NCBI GenBank assembly: GCA_947629985.1
Contig: CANRFV010000008.1
Coordinates: 8,897-72,896 of the forward strand
Direction: 5' to 3'
DNA from: an uncultured Clostridia bacterium
GTDB taxonomy: Bacteria > Bacillota > Clostridia > Christensenellales > CAG-314
DNA length: 64,000 nt
This document shows, piece by piece, positions 22,101-30,172 of this stretch (position 1 is the stretch's first letter; every line of letters begins with the position of its first letter). A program made the translations under genes and the position numbers. The notes under the pieces are model-generated. The model saw only the letters and a list, made by a program, of their open reading frames with translations, was not told the DNA's origin and did not search any database.

Positions 22101-22460
22101 GCATCGAGCCTGTTCGTCTATATATTTTTCTTCCACAGCATCGGATTCTTTTTCTTCCTCGACATGAGCTGTTTGGAGCTTACCGTCCTGTTCATCCGAT
22201 GCCATTGACAAAAACAGGAGATAATATTTGCAATAAAGCGTAAATGCTTTATGTGTCTTCTTTTGCTTTTTCTTGAAATTCTTGTTAGTAAGTAATCTGT
22301 CCCGTAATACAGCAAATTCCTTTGCATCCACAGACCAAACGTCTCTTCCAAGATAAAGTGAAAAGGCGTCCTCCATTAAGTCCGCAAATTGTTTGGGCGT
22401 TACTTTCTTCAACTTGTCGGAAGCAACCCAATCTATAAATTGCTGTTTTCTTGTTCCCAT
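19113..22460 (-). CDS. 1115-aa orphan protein, first gene of the BREX-like operon (function unknown)
   Basis: This is a long uninterrupted ORF, and its stop is 3 nt from the brxP start. I saw no Walker A, no SAM-binding or (D/N/S)PP(Y/F/W) motif, and no nuclease motif. It contains an H-x2-FG-x-G-x-V...V-x-F mini-domain (YVYHKSFGFGRIVKKEKETIIVQFDG) and an FRNINGISIQMANL block. Confidence 0.6.
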   Translation of the reverse strand: MGTRKQQFIDWVASDKLKKVTPKQFADLMEDAFSLYLGRDVWSVDAKEFAVLRDRLLTNKNFKKKQKKTHKAFTLYCKYYLLFLSMASDEQDGKLQTAHVEEEKESDAVEEKYIDEQARCIDFFQNKDVAHLFYRIFEYAKDSDANIFLDIRSAIIGAKKANERLRFYADKNGIMKFAKIEVEAIDLSSAYAFDLSKYYQYVDAVNAYFLAHEQEILLEDDEKSYVYHKSFGFGRIVKKEKETIIVQFDGQPDQKTMQAGHPSYIEISDEDYARRTVPDFASNNEAEQPQSRVTERVTPRRIVWDKYETVLLIEAFWKIEGDKTLRSGVIEQLSRDLRAKAQNQGIEIDDTFRNINGISIQMANLASSFYPDRASMHKTAIFDEMAKLYLQNRQEYEAILREAHALVKGTLQSQKVKSVNWQAIKNMSFTSPTKVNYKDNSREGFSNWIECYKYVVKAMYDEFAGIFNELAKNPSYTFLSYNRTDLRRPLEIVNHIYAEGNRSATELVKSMKSFMDKCEIHYSSLIIEYEEKDGTDTLPKVAEKTHYSVSISEADFYTYIKTQYMERHQVDGKKHRAPHHAQKCVDMIREISSLLNKDILSVVTTSELDDIRRQLKPYEKDEKYEWFLYALSRYEGFLKSNHADLGLNSQSIKAVEPKAEDYKVVIEDSFSDGFAFENPLRKRKFIRRYEEILNKPFEDSDELFLRKVRIAGFISEGKVYLESIVPKELRNEIKKYIDESFDSTSAIYYSALYEKFSSKFNSLFSEDMLKSYFAFVFADEYSYYLDFMTPKGIQANLREELISIFMNKGRPMDIDELYDALPNAAHSVIDAMIRDRDFVVNYRGRSYFYKDVFILDEEQLSMIDEFLARRLSVVEQVSGGELYGYIAKEIPEVPETNPGVTDLGIKNIIRIKLEHKYSFRGDVISRLGFVVDVKSLYRGFCEQREKFSFAELEEFRNSIDKNYIDWDAVMSSSVRTSQSSFIRRDLITFKAEQIDEAIASYCLNKYVPFADIINYTDFPTIEVNWNAFVLESYVYFGSKKYGLIHASFNGDKPVGAIVKKDSDIHGFDDLLIDIIKEHKLFDEERAFEYLLANDYIRTRKVKNMLALIEQAKKEV

Positions 22461-22570
22461 GTTATTTGTTCGCTTTATAGTTTTTTCGTATACATACGCA
22501 AGTGTTTGAAGGCACTTCTTTACATTCTTCTCGTTACGTCATCCTGCATTAAGAACGACATAACTATTCC

Positions 22571-22984
22571 TTACGTTGTTATATAATCATTAAAAATTGT
22601 GAAGTCCCCATTGACCATGCGCTTGGCAAGACTATCGGATTGCTCCTTATCCAAACCGTTTAATAACTTAATGCTATCGTAAGCACCCTTCATAATTAAA
22701 TTGGAAATCTCACCTTGAAGTTCGTTATATAAATCATCGAGAGATAAATTCCACAATACATCAATTTTTGAATTCAAAGCTTTTACAGCTGTTTCTATAA
22801 CAGCTACGATAGGATTATCTATGCGTACATATATAATAAAATTTTCAATTTCATAGCGAGGAACAGAATAAAATTTGTCACTATAATTGAGTGCTTTATT
22901 ATAATTTTCTACATCCTTACTCAAATCGTGTGATTTAGCTACTCTTTCGAATATTTCAAAACACTTTTCTATAAATGTCATCAT
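22571..22984 (-). CDS. 137-aa hypothetical protein, start abutting the stop of the PDDEXK nuclease gene
   Basis: Its ATG (22984) abuts the stop of the upstream nuclease gene (22985). No recognisable motif. Confidence 0.5.
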   Translation of the reverse strand: MMTFIEKCFEIFERVAKSHDLSKDVENYNKALNYSDKFYSVPRYEIENFIIYVRIDNPIVAVIETAVKALNSKIDVLWNLSLDDLYNELQGEISNLIMKGAYDSIKLLNGLDKEQSDSLAKRMVNGDFTIFNDYITT

Positions 22985-23974
22985 CTATTCCTCACTTTCC
23001 GCAAGTTCGATATATTCCTTCAACTTCCTTTGAAGCAGGTTTTTATCGATGAGTTTGAGTTTGTATTCCGAAACCATCGTCGGCGAAAGTGAACGGCTCA
23101 AGGCGTACTCAACGACCTCATCGTCCTTCTTCGCACAAAGAATGACGCCGACGCTCGGATTTTCATTCGGCTTTTTCACATCGCGGTCAAGAGCCTCAAG
23201 ATATAGATTCATTTTGCCGACATACTCTGGCTTAAATTCGTCGATCTTCAGTTCAAATGCTACAAGACAGGAAAGCCCCCGGTGATAAAAAAGAAGATCA
23301 ATATAATAGTCGTGTCCGCCAACTTGCAAGCGATATTCCTCGCCGACAAACGAAAAATCCTTGCCGATCTCCAAAATGAAATTTTTCAAGTTTTGCACGA
23401 TTGATTTTTGCAAATCTTTTTCGTTGGCAACTTCGGGAACATCAAGAAATTCAAGAGTGTAGGTATCAAGAAACACATTTGACGTGCTTCGCTTTGCCTC
23501 GGTGATGGCGGGAGTCGTCGGCTTTTGAGAAAGCATATAGCGCTCGTAATATGCGCTGTCTATTTGGCGTTCGAGTTCACGAGTGCTGTATTTTTCTTTT
23601 GCGCATAGCGCCATATAAAAGTAGCGTTCTTCGTCTGACTTACAAGCAGACATAATTTGAAGATGATTTGTCCAACTCAATTGTGTCAGCAGTGCTGACA
23701 CTTTTTCATCCTCGCCGTAGAGTTCGTAAAACTGACGCATGCGATAAAGCCCACGACGGGTAAACCCTTTGAGCTCGGGATAATTTTTCGCAAAGAAGTC
23801 GGCAAGTCCTTCCACATAGGCATCGCCGTAAGCTGCGTCACGAGAATTTTCGGAAACATATTTGCCGATCTGTAAATACATTCCAATGAGTTCCTCGTTC
23901 ACCTTATAGAATGCGCGCTCTCGCGCAGACTGTATAATTTTTACAATTTCCGAATAGTTATTGTCGGGTAGCAT
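22985..23974 (-). CDS. PDDEXK-family nuclease, DUF1016/YhcG-like
   Basis: The N-terminal block is NNYSEIVKIIQSARERAFYKVNEELIGMYLQIGKYV...LSWTNHLQIMS. The C-terminal nuclease core is YIDLLFYHRGLSCLVAFELKIDEFKPEYVGKMNLYLEALD. I chose the ATG at 23974 (GGAG ~8 nt upstream) over the track's GTG at 24028. Confidence 0.75.
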   Translation of the reverse strand: MLPDNNYSEIVKIIQSARERAFYKVNEELIGMYLQIGKYVSENSRDAAYGDAYVEGLADFFAKNYPELKGFTRRGLYRMRQFYELYGEDEKVSALLTQLSWTNHLQIMSACKSDEERYFYMALCAKEKYSTRELERQIDSAYYERYMLSQKPTTPAITEAKRSTSNVFLDTYTLEFLDVPEVANEKDLQKSIVQNLKNFILEIGKDFSFVGEEYRLQVGGHDYYIDLLFYHRGLSCLVAFELKIDEFKPEYVGKMNLYLEALDRDVKKPNENPSVGVILCAKKDDEVVEYALSRSLSPTMVSEYKLKLIDKNLLQRKLKEYIELAESEE

Positions 23975-23984
23975 AGTTATCTCC

Positions 23985-24194
23985 TTACTCCTCGGTTTCA
24001 ACGATTTCCATAATGTCGGAAATATCACACTTCAAAACCTTGCATATCTTCAAAAGAATCTCAAGATTGACAGGCTCATTTTTGCCGAGTTTTGCAAGTG
24101 CCGTTGTCGTCATACCCGTGGCAAGCCGCAGATCCTTTTTCTTCATATCTTTGTCAATCAGTAATTTCCATAGTTTCTTATAACTGACCGCCAT
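23985..24194 (-). CDS. XRE/Cro-C1-family HTH transcriptional regulator
   Basis: MAVSYKKLWKLLIDKDMKKKDLRLATGMTTTALAKLGKNEPVNLEILLKICKVLKCDISDIMEIV is a single HTH_3-type domain. The ATG at 24194 has GAGAGG upstream. Confidence 0.8.
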   Translation of the reverse strand: MAVSYKKLWKLLIDKDMKKKDLRLATGMTTTALAKLGKNEPVNLEILLKICKVLKCDISDIMEIVETEE

Positions 24195-24358
24195 AGAACG
24201 CCTCTCAACTATCATTGGAAATATTATAGCATAGTTTCAATAGAAATGCAATCAAAAATCTATAATTTGGACTTTGATTCGGCAAAACAAAAGAGCAGAG
24301 AAATTCTCTCTACTCTTTACTCCGAACTTGCTGTTTTTGTATCTTATTTATTGAATTA

Positions 24359-24371
24359 ATCCCCAAGGATA
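24359..24371. repeat. right-end 13-mer atccccaaggata, inverted copy of 2794-2806
   Basis: It is the exact reverse complement of tatccttggggat at 2794-2806. Both lie 30-90 bp inside the long direct repeats, so they are candidate terminal inverted repeats or recombinase half-sites. Confidence 0.45.
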
Positions 24372-24404
24372 TTTACCTTGTTCTAAACTTATTTCTTTTA
24401 CAAA

Positions 24405-24540
24405 ACGCAAAAATATCGGGCAACACATCGAGCAAACTTTCGGCAAAACTTTTTTCAAAACATTCCGCAATACATTAAAATATCAAAAACGTCATAGCAT
24501 TTGGGTAAATAATACATTTGGCAAAAAACATTTGTGAAAA
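24405..24540. repeat. right copy of the imperfect direct repeat bracketing the island
   Basis: See 2591-2714. The core 24457-24540 is nearly identical to 2631-2714. Confidence 0.85.
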
Positions 24541-24748
24541 CACACCAATTTGATAAAGTACCGAGCAAAACGCCGAAACTATATTCGGTAAAACTTAAAA
24601 ACATTCGGCGAAACGTCAAGGTATTTGAAAAACCAAAGTACTCATTTTACATTGCATCGCAGCATCAGACAAAACGCAAAAATTTATTGATAACCTTGCG
24701 CGGCAAAATGCGCCGCCGCTTGCTCGTTTGCCAACAGCGAAATTTAAC

Positions 24749-24787
24749 CAAAAAAGTCTCCCGATGATACGTCGATCATCGGGAGAC
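24749..24787 (-). terminator. rho-independent terminator of valS
   Basis: A 13-bp stem, gtctcccgatgat (24756-24768) / atcatcgggagac (24775-24787). An A-run at 24750-24755 on the + strand gives a U-run after the hairpin on the minus strand. It lies 29 nt past the valS stop. Confidence 0.8.
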
Positions 24788-24815
24788 GATTTGTGTACAA
24801 TGACGCGAAACAACG

Positions 24816-27428
24816 TTACTTCAACTCATCCAGACGCGCCTGCAACTGCGCTTGCAGTTCGGTATATTTGGCAAGTTTTGCCTTTTCGGCGTCTACAAGG
24901 TTTTGCGGAGCCTTGGACAAAAATCCCGCGTTGGACAATTTGCCGTTGGCGCGCGCAATTTCGTTGTTTACGTTGTCCAATTCCTTGGTAAGGCGTTCGA
25001 TTTCCTTGTCCTTGTCCACCAAGTCGCCCAAAGGCACTTGGCAAGTTGCCGCGGAACACACAGCCTGAACGGTCTTGTCGCCTGCGGGCGCTTCGCCGAA
25101 TACCGCTTGTTCCAATCCGCACAGTTTGCACAAGTACAGATCACATTCTCTTATGCGGCGGTCGGTTGCGTTTACGTACAATCTTATTCGTTTGGACGGC
25201 GCAACGCCGTATTCCGAACGAATATTGCGCACTTTGGCGATCAACTCTTTAAGTTCTTCCACAAGATTGCAATCGTCGGCGAAATTCAACGCGTCGTTTA
25301 CGGTGGGATAGCGTTGGATCATTATGCTTTCGCCGTGCCCGGGAAGATTTTGGTAAATTTGTTCGGTAATGCAGGGCGTAAACGGATGCAACAATTTGAG
25401 CATGGCGTCCAACACGTACACCAATACCGAAAGGGTATCGCAGCGCGCTTGCTCGTCCGTGCCGTACAAAACGGGCTTGACCAATTCGATATACCAATCG
25501 CAAAACTCGCTCCACACAAAGTCGAACAGACACTGCGCCGCCATGCCGAGTTCGAATTTGTCCAGCAATTCGGTAATGCTGCGCACCGTGGCGTTAAGGC
25601 GGGTGAGTATCCACTTGTCCGCAAGGCTTAGTTTACACTCGCCTATCGGTTTGAGCGGCTTGTCCTGACAGTTCATCAGCACAAAGCGGCTGGCGTTCCA
25701 TATTTTATTCATAAAGTTGCGCGTACCTTCGACCTTGTCGGGGGCAAAACGGATATCCGAACCGTTTGCAACGCCGTTTATCAGGGCAAAACGCAGCGTA
25801 TCGGTGCCGTATTTGTCGATAAACTCCACGGGGTCTACGCCGTTGCCCAGCGATTTGCTCATTTTGCGCCCTTGTTCGTCGCGCACTATTCCGTGCATAA
25901 GCACGTGCTTAAAGGGCACTTGCCCCGTTGCGTACAGCGAACTGAATATCATACGCGCTACCCAAAAGAATATTATGTCGTAACCGCAAGACAGCACGCT
26001 TGTGGGGAAAAACGCCTTGAAATCGTCGCTTCCGTTGAAAAATCCCAACGTTGAGAAGGGCCACAACGCGCTGCTGAACCAGGTATCCAGCACGTCCTCG
26101 TCCTGATGAATGTGCTTGCTGCCGCACTTCGGGCATACGTCGGGGTCGGTTTCGGCGCAAATTTCCGCGCCGCAGTCGTCGCAATACCACACGGGAATAC
26201 GATGCCCCCACCACAGTTGCCGCGAAATGCACCAATCGCGGATATTTTCCATCCAATTGAGATAGGTCTTTTCAAAGCGCTCGGGGTGGAAAACCACTTC
26301 GCCCCTTTTTACCGCGTCGATTGCGGGTTGCGCCAAAGGCTGCATTTTTACGAACCATTGCTTGGAAACGATGGGTTCCACCGTTGTGTGGCAACGATAA
26401 CAACTGCCCACGTTGTGTTTGTGCGGCTCTACTTTTTGCAAAATGCCCATTTCTTTAAGGCGTTCGACAATACGTTTGCGCGCTTCGTAACGGTCCAAGC
26501 CCGCAAATTCGCCCGCATTTTCGTTCATCGTGCCGTCGTCGTTCATTACGCGTATCACGGGCAGATTGTGGCGGCGCCCCACTTCGAAGTCGTTGGGATC
26601 ATGCGCGGGAGTAATTTTTACAACGCCCGTGCCGAATTGCATATCGACGTATTCGTCGGCTATTACGGGGATCTCACGGTTGACAAAGGGTACGATGACC
26701 GTTTTGCCCACCAAATGGCGGTAACGATCGTCGTTGGGGTTGACCGCAATTGCCGTATCGCCCAACATTGTTTCGGGACGAGTCGTGGCAAAAGTTACCG
26801 TCGTACTGCCGTCCGGAGTGGTATAGCCGTAATGCCAAAAATAGCCGTCCTGCTCGGAATACTCCACTTCGGCGTCGCTGAGCGCGGTGTTGCACACGGG
26901 ACACCAATTTATTATTCTGTCGCCGCGGTAAATAAGCCCCTTGTTGTACAGCGATACAAAGGTGCGGCGCACAGCCTTGCTGCACTTTTCGTCCATAGTA
27001 AACGACAGGCGCGACCAATCGCAACTGCTGCCGAGTTTTTGCAGTTGCTCCACTATGCGTCCGCCGTACTTCTCTTTCCACTGCCAAGCGCGGCGCAAAA
27101 ATTCTTCTCTGCCCAGGTCGTGTTTGTCAATACCTTCCTTTTTGAGTTGTTCGACGATCTTGACCTCGGTTGCAATGCTGGCGTGGTCGGTACCCGGCAG
27201 CCACAAGGTGTTGTAGCCCTGCATGCGCTTGAAACGCACAAGCGTATCCTGAATGGCGTTGTCCAGACCGTGCCCGATATGCAGTTGCCCCGTAATGTTG
27301 GGCGGCGGCGTTACCATCGAAAAGTACGGTTTGCCTATTTCCGCCTTAGGCGTAAAGTAGCCGTGAGACAGCCAAAATTTGTACAGACCGCTTTCAAATT
27401 GCGTTGGATCGTATGTTTTGTCTAACAT
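24816..27428 (-). CDS. valS: valine--tRNA ligase
   Basis: 870 aa. Motifs seen: a class I HIGH motif (PPPNITGQLHIGHGL), KMSKSLGN, a zinc-finger region and a C-terminal coiled coil. Confidence 0.97.
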   Translation of the reverse strand: MLDKTYDPTQFESGLYKFWLSHGYFTPKAEIGKPYFSMVTPPPNITGQLHIGHGLDNAIQDTLVRFKRMQGYNTLWLPGTDHASIATEVKIVEQLKKEGIDKHDLGREEFLRRAWQWKEKYGGRIVEQLQKLGSSCDWSRLSFTMDEKCSKAVRRTFVSLYNKGLIYRGDRIINWCPVCNTALSDAEVEYSEQDGYFWHYGYTTPDGSTTVTFATTRPETMLGDTAIAVNPNDDRYRHLVGKTVIVPFVNREIPVIADEYVDMQFGTGVVKITPAHDPNDFEVGRRHNLPVIRVMNDDGTMNENAGEFAGLDRYEARKRIVERLKEMGILQKVEPHKHNVGSCYRCHTTVEPIVSKQWFVKMQPLAQPAIDAVKRGEVVFHPERFEKTYLNWMENIRDWCISRQLWWGHRIPVWYCDDCGAEICAETDPDVCPKCGSKHIHQDEDVLDTWFSSALWPFSTLGFFNGSDDFKAFFPTSVLSCGYDIIFFWVARMIFSSLYATGQVPFKHVLMHGIVRDEQGRKMSKSLGNGVDPVEFIDKYGTDTLRFALINGVANGSDIRFAPDKVEGTRNFMNKIWNASRFVLMNCQDKPLKPIGECKLSLADKWILTRLNATVRSITELLDKFELGMAAQCLFDFVWSEFCDWYIELVKPVLYGTDEQARCDTLSVLVYVLDAMLKLLHPFTPCITEQIYQNLPGHGESIMIQRYPTVNDALNFADDCNLVEELKELIAKVRNIRSEYGVAPSKRIRLYVNATDRRIRECDLYLCKLCGLEQAVFGEAPAGDKTVQAVCSAATCQVPLGDLVDKDKEIERLTKELDNVNNEIARANGKLSNAGFLSKAPQNLVDAEKAKLAKYTELQAQLQARLDELK

Positions 27429-27602
27429 AATGTTGCGTCCGCTGTTGAAGGGGCGCGCAAAACCCTTTGTTGCTACGCCTGCCCCACGGCGGACTTTACC
27501 TCCGTTGTTTATTTACTTTTTTGTTTAATCTTTTTTATTTGTGCGGCGCAATGCGCCGAATAACGCTTGTCGATACAAAACGAGCGTTGCGATATTGCGG
27601 TA

Positions 27603-27855
27603 AAAGCAAAATAAAACGCCCCCTTTCCGGTACGGAAAAAGGGCGAATTGTCGCGGTACCACCTTTGTTTTGCGCCGTGCAAATAATTATCGTTTGCGCG
27701 GTTTCTCGACGTCGTTAACGGGACGACCCGAATGTCGCTACTTTCGCTAAAGCGCCGTTTCGCGACATCAACTCGACAAACTACATTGTGCGCATTGCCT
27801 TGCGGAATTTGCACCGCCGTCCGCTCTCTGTAAAGGCAAGGGTGCGCACAACCTT
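27603..27855 (-). promoter_or_regulatory. T-box riboswitch leader of valS with intrinsic terminator
   Basis: On the minus strand I see AGAGAGCGGACGGCGGTGCAA (Stem I GA/K-turn region, ~27808-27830). I also see the T-box sequence AAAGGTGGTACCGCGACAA (core at 27651-27663). This is followed by the terminator hairpin CGCCCTTTTTCCG-TAC-CGGAAAGGGGGCG (27617-27645) and then TTTTATTTTG. An extended -10-like TGcTAATAT lies just upstream. The specifier codon was not assigned with confidence; GUC in GTTTGTCGAG is a candidate. Confidence 0.75.
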
Positions 27856-28322
27856 TTGTCTTGGCGTTTTTACTGTTTTATATTAGCACACGAAAATTGT
27901 TTTAGCAAGCGTTTGAAGGGAAAATCGCCGTTAATGTTTGCGCCGTATGCCCATTAAGCAAGTTTAACGGCAAGATTGCTCGGCACACGGCACGTTTGCA
28001 ATGTGCGCGGCGCCCAATCCGCGGGCAAAAAGGGCATTTTGCGCGGTACAAACGGCAACAAGCCGCCCTATGTGATATATGACCGCGCAACGGAACGCGT
28101 CGCAGCAAATTATACAATTAAATTCTCTCCGCCGACAATGACAAAATTATATATACCGTAATTTGCCGACGTTTTCCAAGCGAAATAAGCCCGTTGCATA
28201 CTGCAAAGGCCGCCAAAACGCAATAAAACAACGCTCGGCGCGCAATTGTTGCCGATACGCCCGCGGTAACATTTTTTGCGCAAATTCAGTAGTATGCAAT
28301 ATACCGAACGGGAGGATTGACA

Positions 28323-29312
28323 TTGAAAAAATTTATTACGGTATTACTATGTTTAACGGTAGTTGCCGCACTGTCGCTTAGTTTTGCGGCGTGCAACAAG
28401 GACGACGAAACCATACAATTAAACGAAGTTACGCACAGTTTGTTTTACGCGCCGCAATACGCCGCAATGGGCTTGGGCTACTTCGAGGAAGAAGGACTTA
28501 AAATAGAAGTTACCAACGGCAGCGGCGCCGACAACGTAATGACGGCGTTGCTTACGGGCGAAGCGGACATCGGTTTGATGGGGTGCGAAGCGAATATCTA
28601 CGTATACTTGCAGGGTAAAAAGGATTACCCCAAAGTTATAGGACAACTTACCAAGCGCGACGGCAGTTTTCTGGTTGCGCGCGCCGAAATGCCCGACTTC
28701 GACTACGGCAATATAGACGGCAGTACGGTGCTTATGGGCAGAAAAGGCGGCATGCCCGCAATGATTTTGCAATACGTGCTTAACAACAAGGGCTACACCG
28801 ACGGCAAAAATATTACTATGGACTATTCGATAGAATTCGGCGCGCTGGGCCCCGCTTTTACGGGCGGAACGGGAGATTTTGTGCCCTTGTTTGAACCGGC
28901 GGCAAGCCAAATAGTACAGGAAGGGCGCGGATATATCGTATCGGCTATCGGTATGGACAGCGGCGAGATCCCCTACACCTGCTACTCGGCAACAGCCGAA
29001 TTTTTGTCAAAACACGGAGATAAAGCGGAAAAATTTTTGCGCGCGGTGTGGAAAGGAACGGAATACGTTATGTCGCACACGCCCGAAGAAGTTGCCAAGG
29101 TGGTTGCGCCCTATTTTGACGGGACGACGATGGATCTGTTGGTTGCGGCGATAGACAACTATCAAAAAACCGACGTGTGGATGACCACGCCCGTTACCGA
29201 CAAAAGCGCGTTTGAGCGTATTCAGGATATTATGCAAAATGCGGGCGAACTGTCCAAACGGGTAGGTTACAACGACATCGTGGACAACACCGCCGCCGAA
29301 AAAATCAAATAA
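28323..29312 (+). CDS. ABC transporter substrate-binding lipoprotein (NMT1/THI5-like, nitrate/sulfonate/bicarbonate family)
   Basis: The signal peptide has a lipobox (LSLSFAAC). The fold call comes from remembered SsuA/NMT1-like features. I preferred the TTG at 28323 (GGAGG 7 nt upstream) to the track start at 28317. Confidence 0.75.
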   Translation: MKKFITVLLCLTVVAALSLSFAACNKDDETIQLNEVTHSLFYAPQYAAMGLGYFEEEGLKIEVTNGSGADNVMTALLTGEADIGLMGCEANIYVYLQGKKDYPKVIGQLTKRDGSFLVARAEMPDFDYGNIDGSTVLMGRKGGMPAMILQYVLNNKGYTDGKNITMDYSIEFGALGPAFTGGTGDFVPLFEPAASQIVQEGRGYIVSAIGMDSGEIPYTCYSATAEFLSKHGDKAEKFLRAVWKGTEYVMSHTPEEVAKVVAPYFDGTTMDLLVAAIDNYQKTDVWMTTPVTDKSAFERIQDIMQNAGELSKRVGYNDIVDNTAAEKIK

Positions 29313-29419
29313 TTACCGAGTGGCGAGCGCAAAATATTGCTGCAAAGTTTGTTGACGCGAAAAACGTTTATTTGCACAAACAAACGGCGCCGCTGCCGTA
29401 ATTTATACGGAGCAAAAAT

Positions 29420-30172
29420 ATGACTGTACTCGAATTGAAAAACATAAGCAAAGTTTTTTACTCTAAAACACAACAGACGGTTGCGGTATCGAATATGTCG
29501 TTTGACGTAAACGAAGGCGAATTTGTGGCGATAATAGGACCTTCGGGGTGCGGCAAAACCACCATTTTGTCGCTTATTGCGGGACTAATTGCCCCAACCG
29601 AAGGCGAAATAGTTACGCAACACGCCAATGCAATAGGCTATATGCTGCAACGCGATCAACTGTTTGAGTGGCGCACGATAGAAAAAAACGTCTGCTTGGG
29701 GTTGGAAATAAAACACAAACTTAACGCCCAAACAAAAGAATACGCCGACGAACTGCTGAAAAAATACGGGCTGTGGGAGTTCAGAAAACGCTACCCGCAG
29801 GAACTGTCGGGCGGTATGCGGCAACGCGCGGCGCTTATACGCACGCTGGCTACCGAACCCGACCTGCTGCTGTTGGACGAACCGTTTTCGGCGTTGGACT
29901 TTCAGACAAGGTTGGAAGTGTGCGACGACGTGTACTCGATAATACGCAAAGAAAGCAAAACCGCGCTGTTGGTTACGCACGACATTTCGGAAGCGCTGTC
30001 GCTTGCGGACAGAGTGATCGTGCTTACGGCGCGCCCGGCAACCGTCCTTACGGTACACAGCCCCGGACTCAACGGCATAGAAACGCCGCTCAAACGGCGC
30101 GAAAGCCCCGACTTTTCGGCGCAGTTCGAATTGCTGCACCGCTACCTGCACGGAGAGAAAAATGAAAAGTAA
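29420..30172 (+). CDS. ABC transporter ATP-binding protein
   Basis: Walker A is GPSGCGKTT, the ABC signature is LSGGMRQR, and Walker B is LLLLDEPFSALD. Confidence 0.9.
   Translation: MTVLELKNISKVFYSKTQQTVAVSNMSFDVNEGEFVAIIGPSGCGKTTILSLIAGLIAPTEGEIVTQHANAIGYMLQRDQLFEWRTIEKNVCLGLEIKHKLNAQTKEYADELLKKYGLWEFRKRYPQELSGGMRQRAALIRTLATEPDLLLLDEPFSALDFQTRLEVCDDVYSIIRKESKTALLVTHDISEALSLADRVIVLTARPATVLTVHSPGLNGIETPLKRRESPDFSAQFELLHRYLHGEKNEK

Noticed and set aside
26106-27425. 439-aa + strand ORF
   Set aside because: It lies entirely antisense to valS, which has unambiguous HIGH/KMSKS motifs. The product is Arg/Ala/Val/His-rich with no motif. This is a typical shadow ORF in GC-rich coding DNA.
27900-28316. 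Looked for a TPP or other riboswitch upstream of the NMT1/THI5-like ABC transporter
   Set aside because: No CUGAGA/ACCUGA TPP core or other recognisable riboswitch motif. Only a plausible sigma-A promoter lies close to the start.
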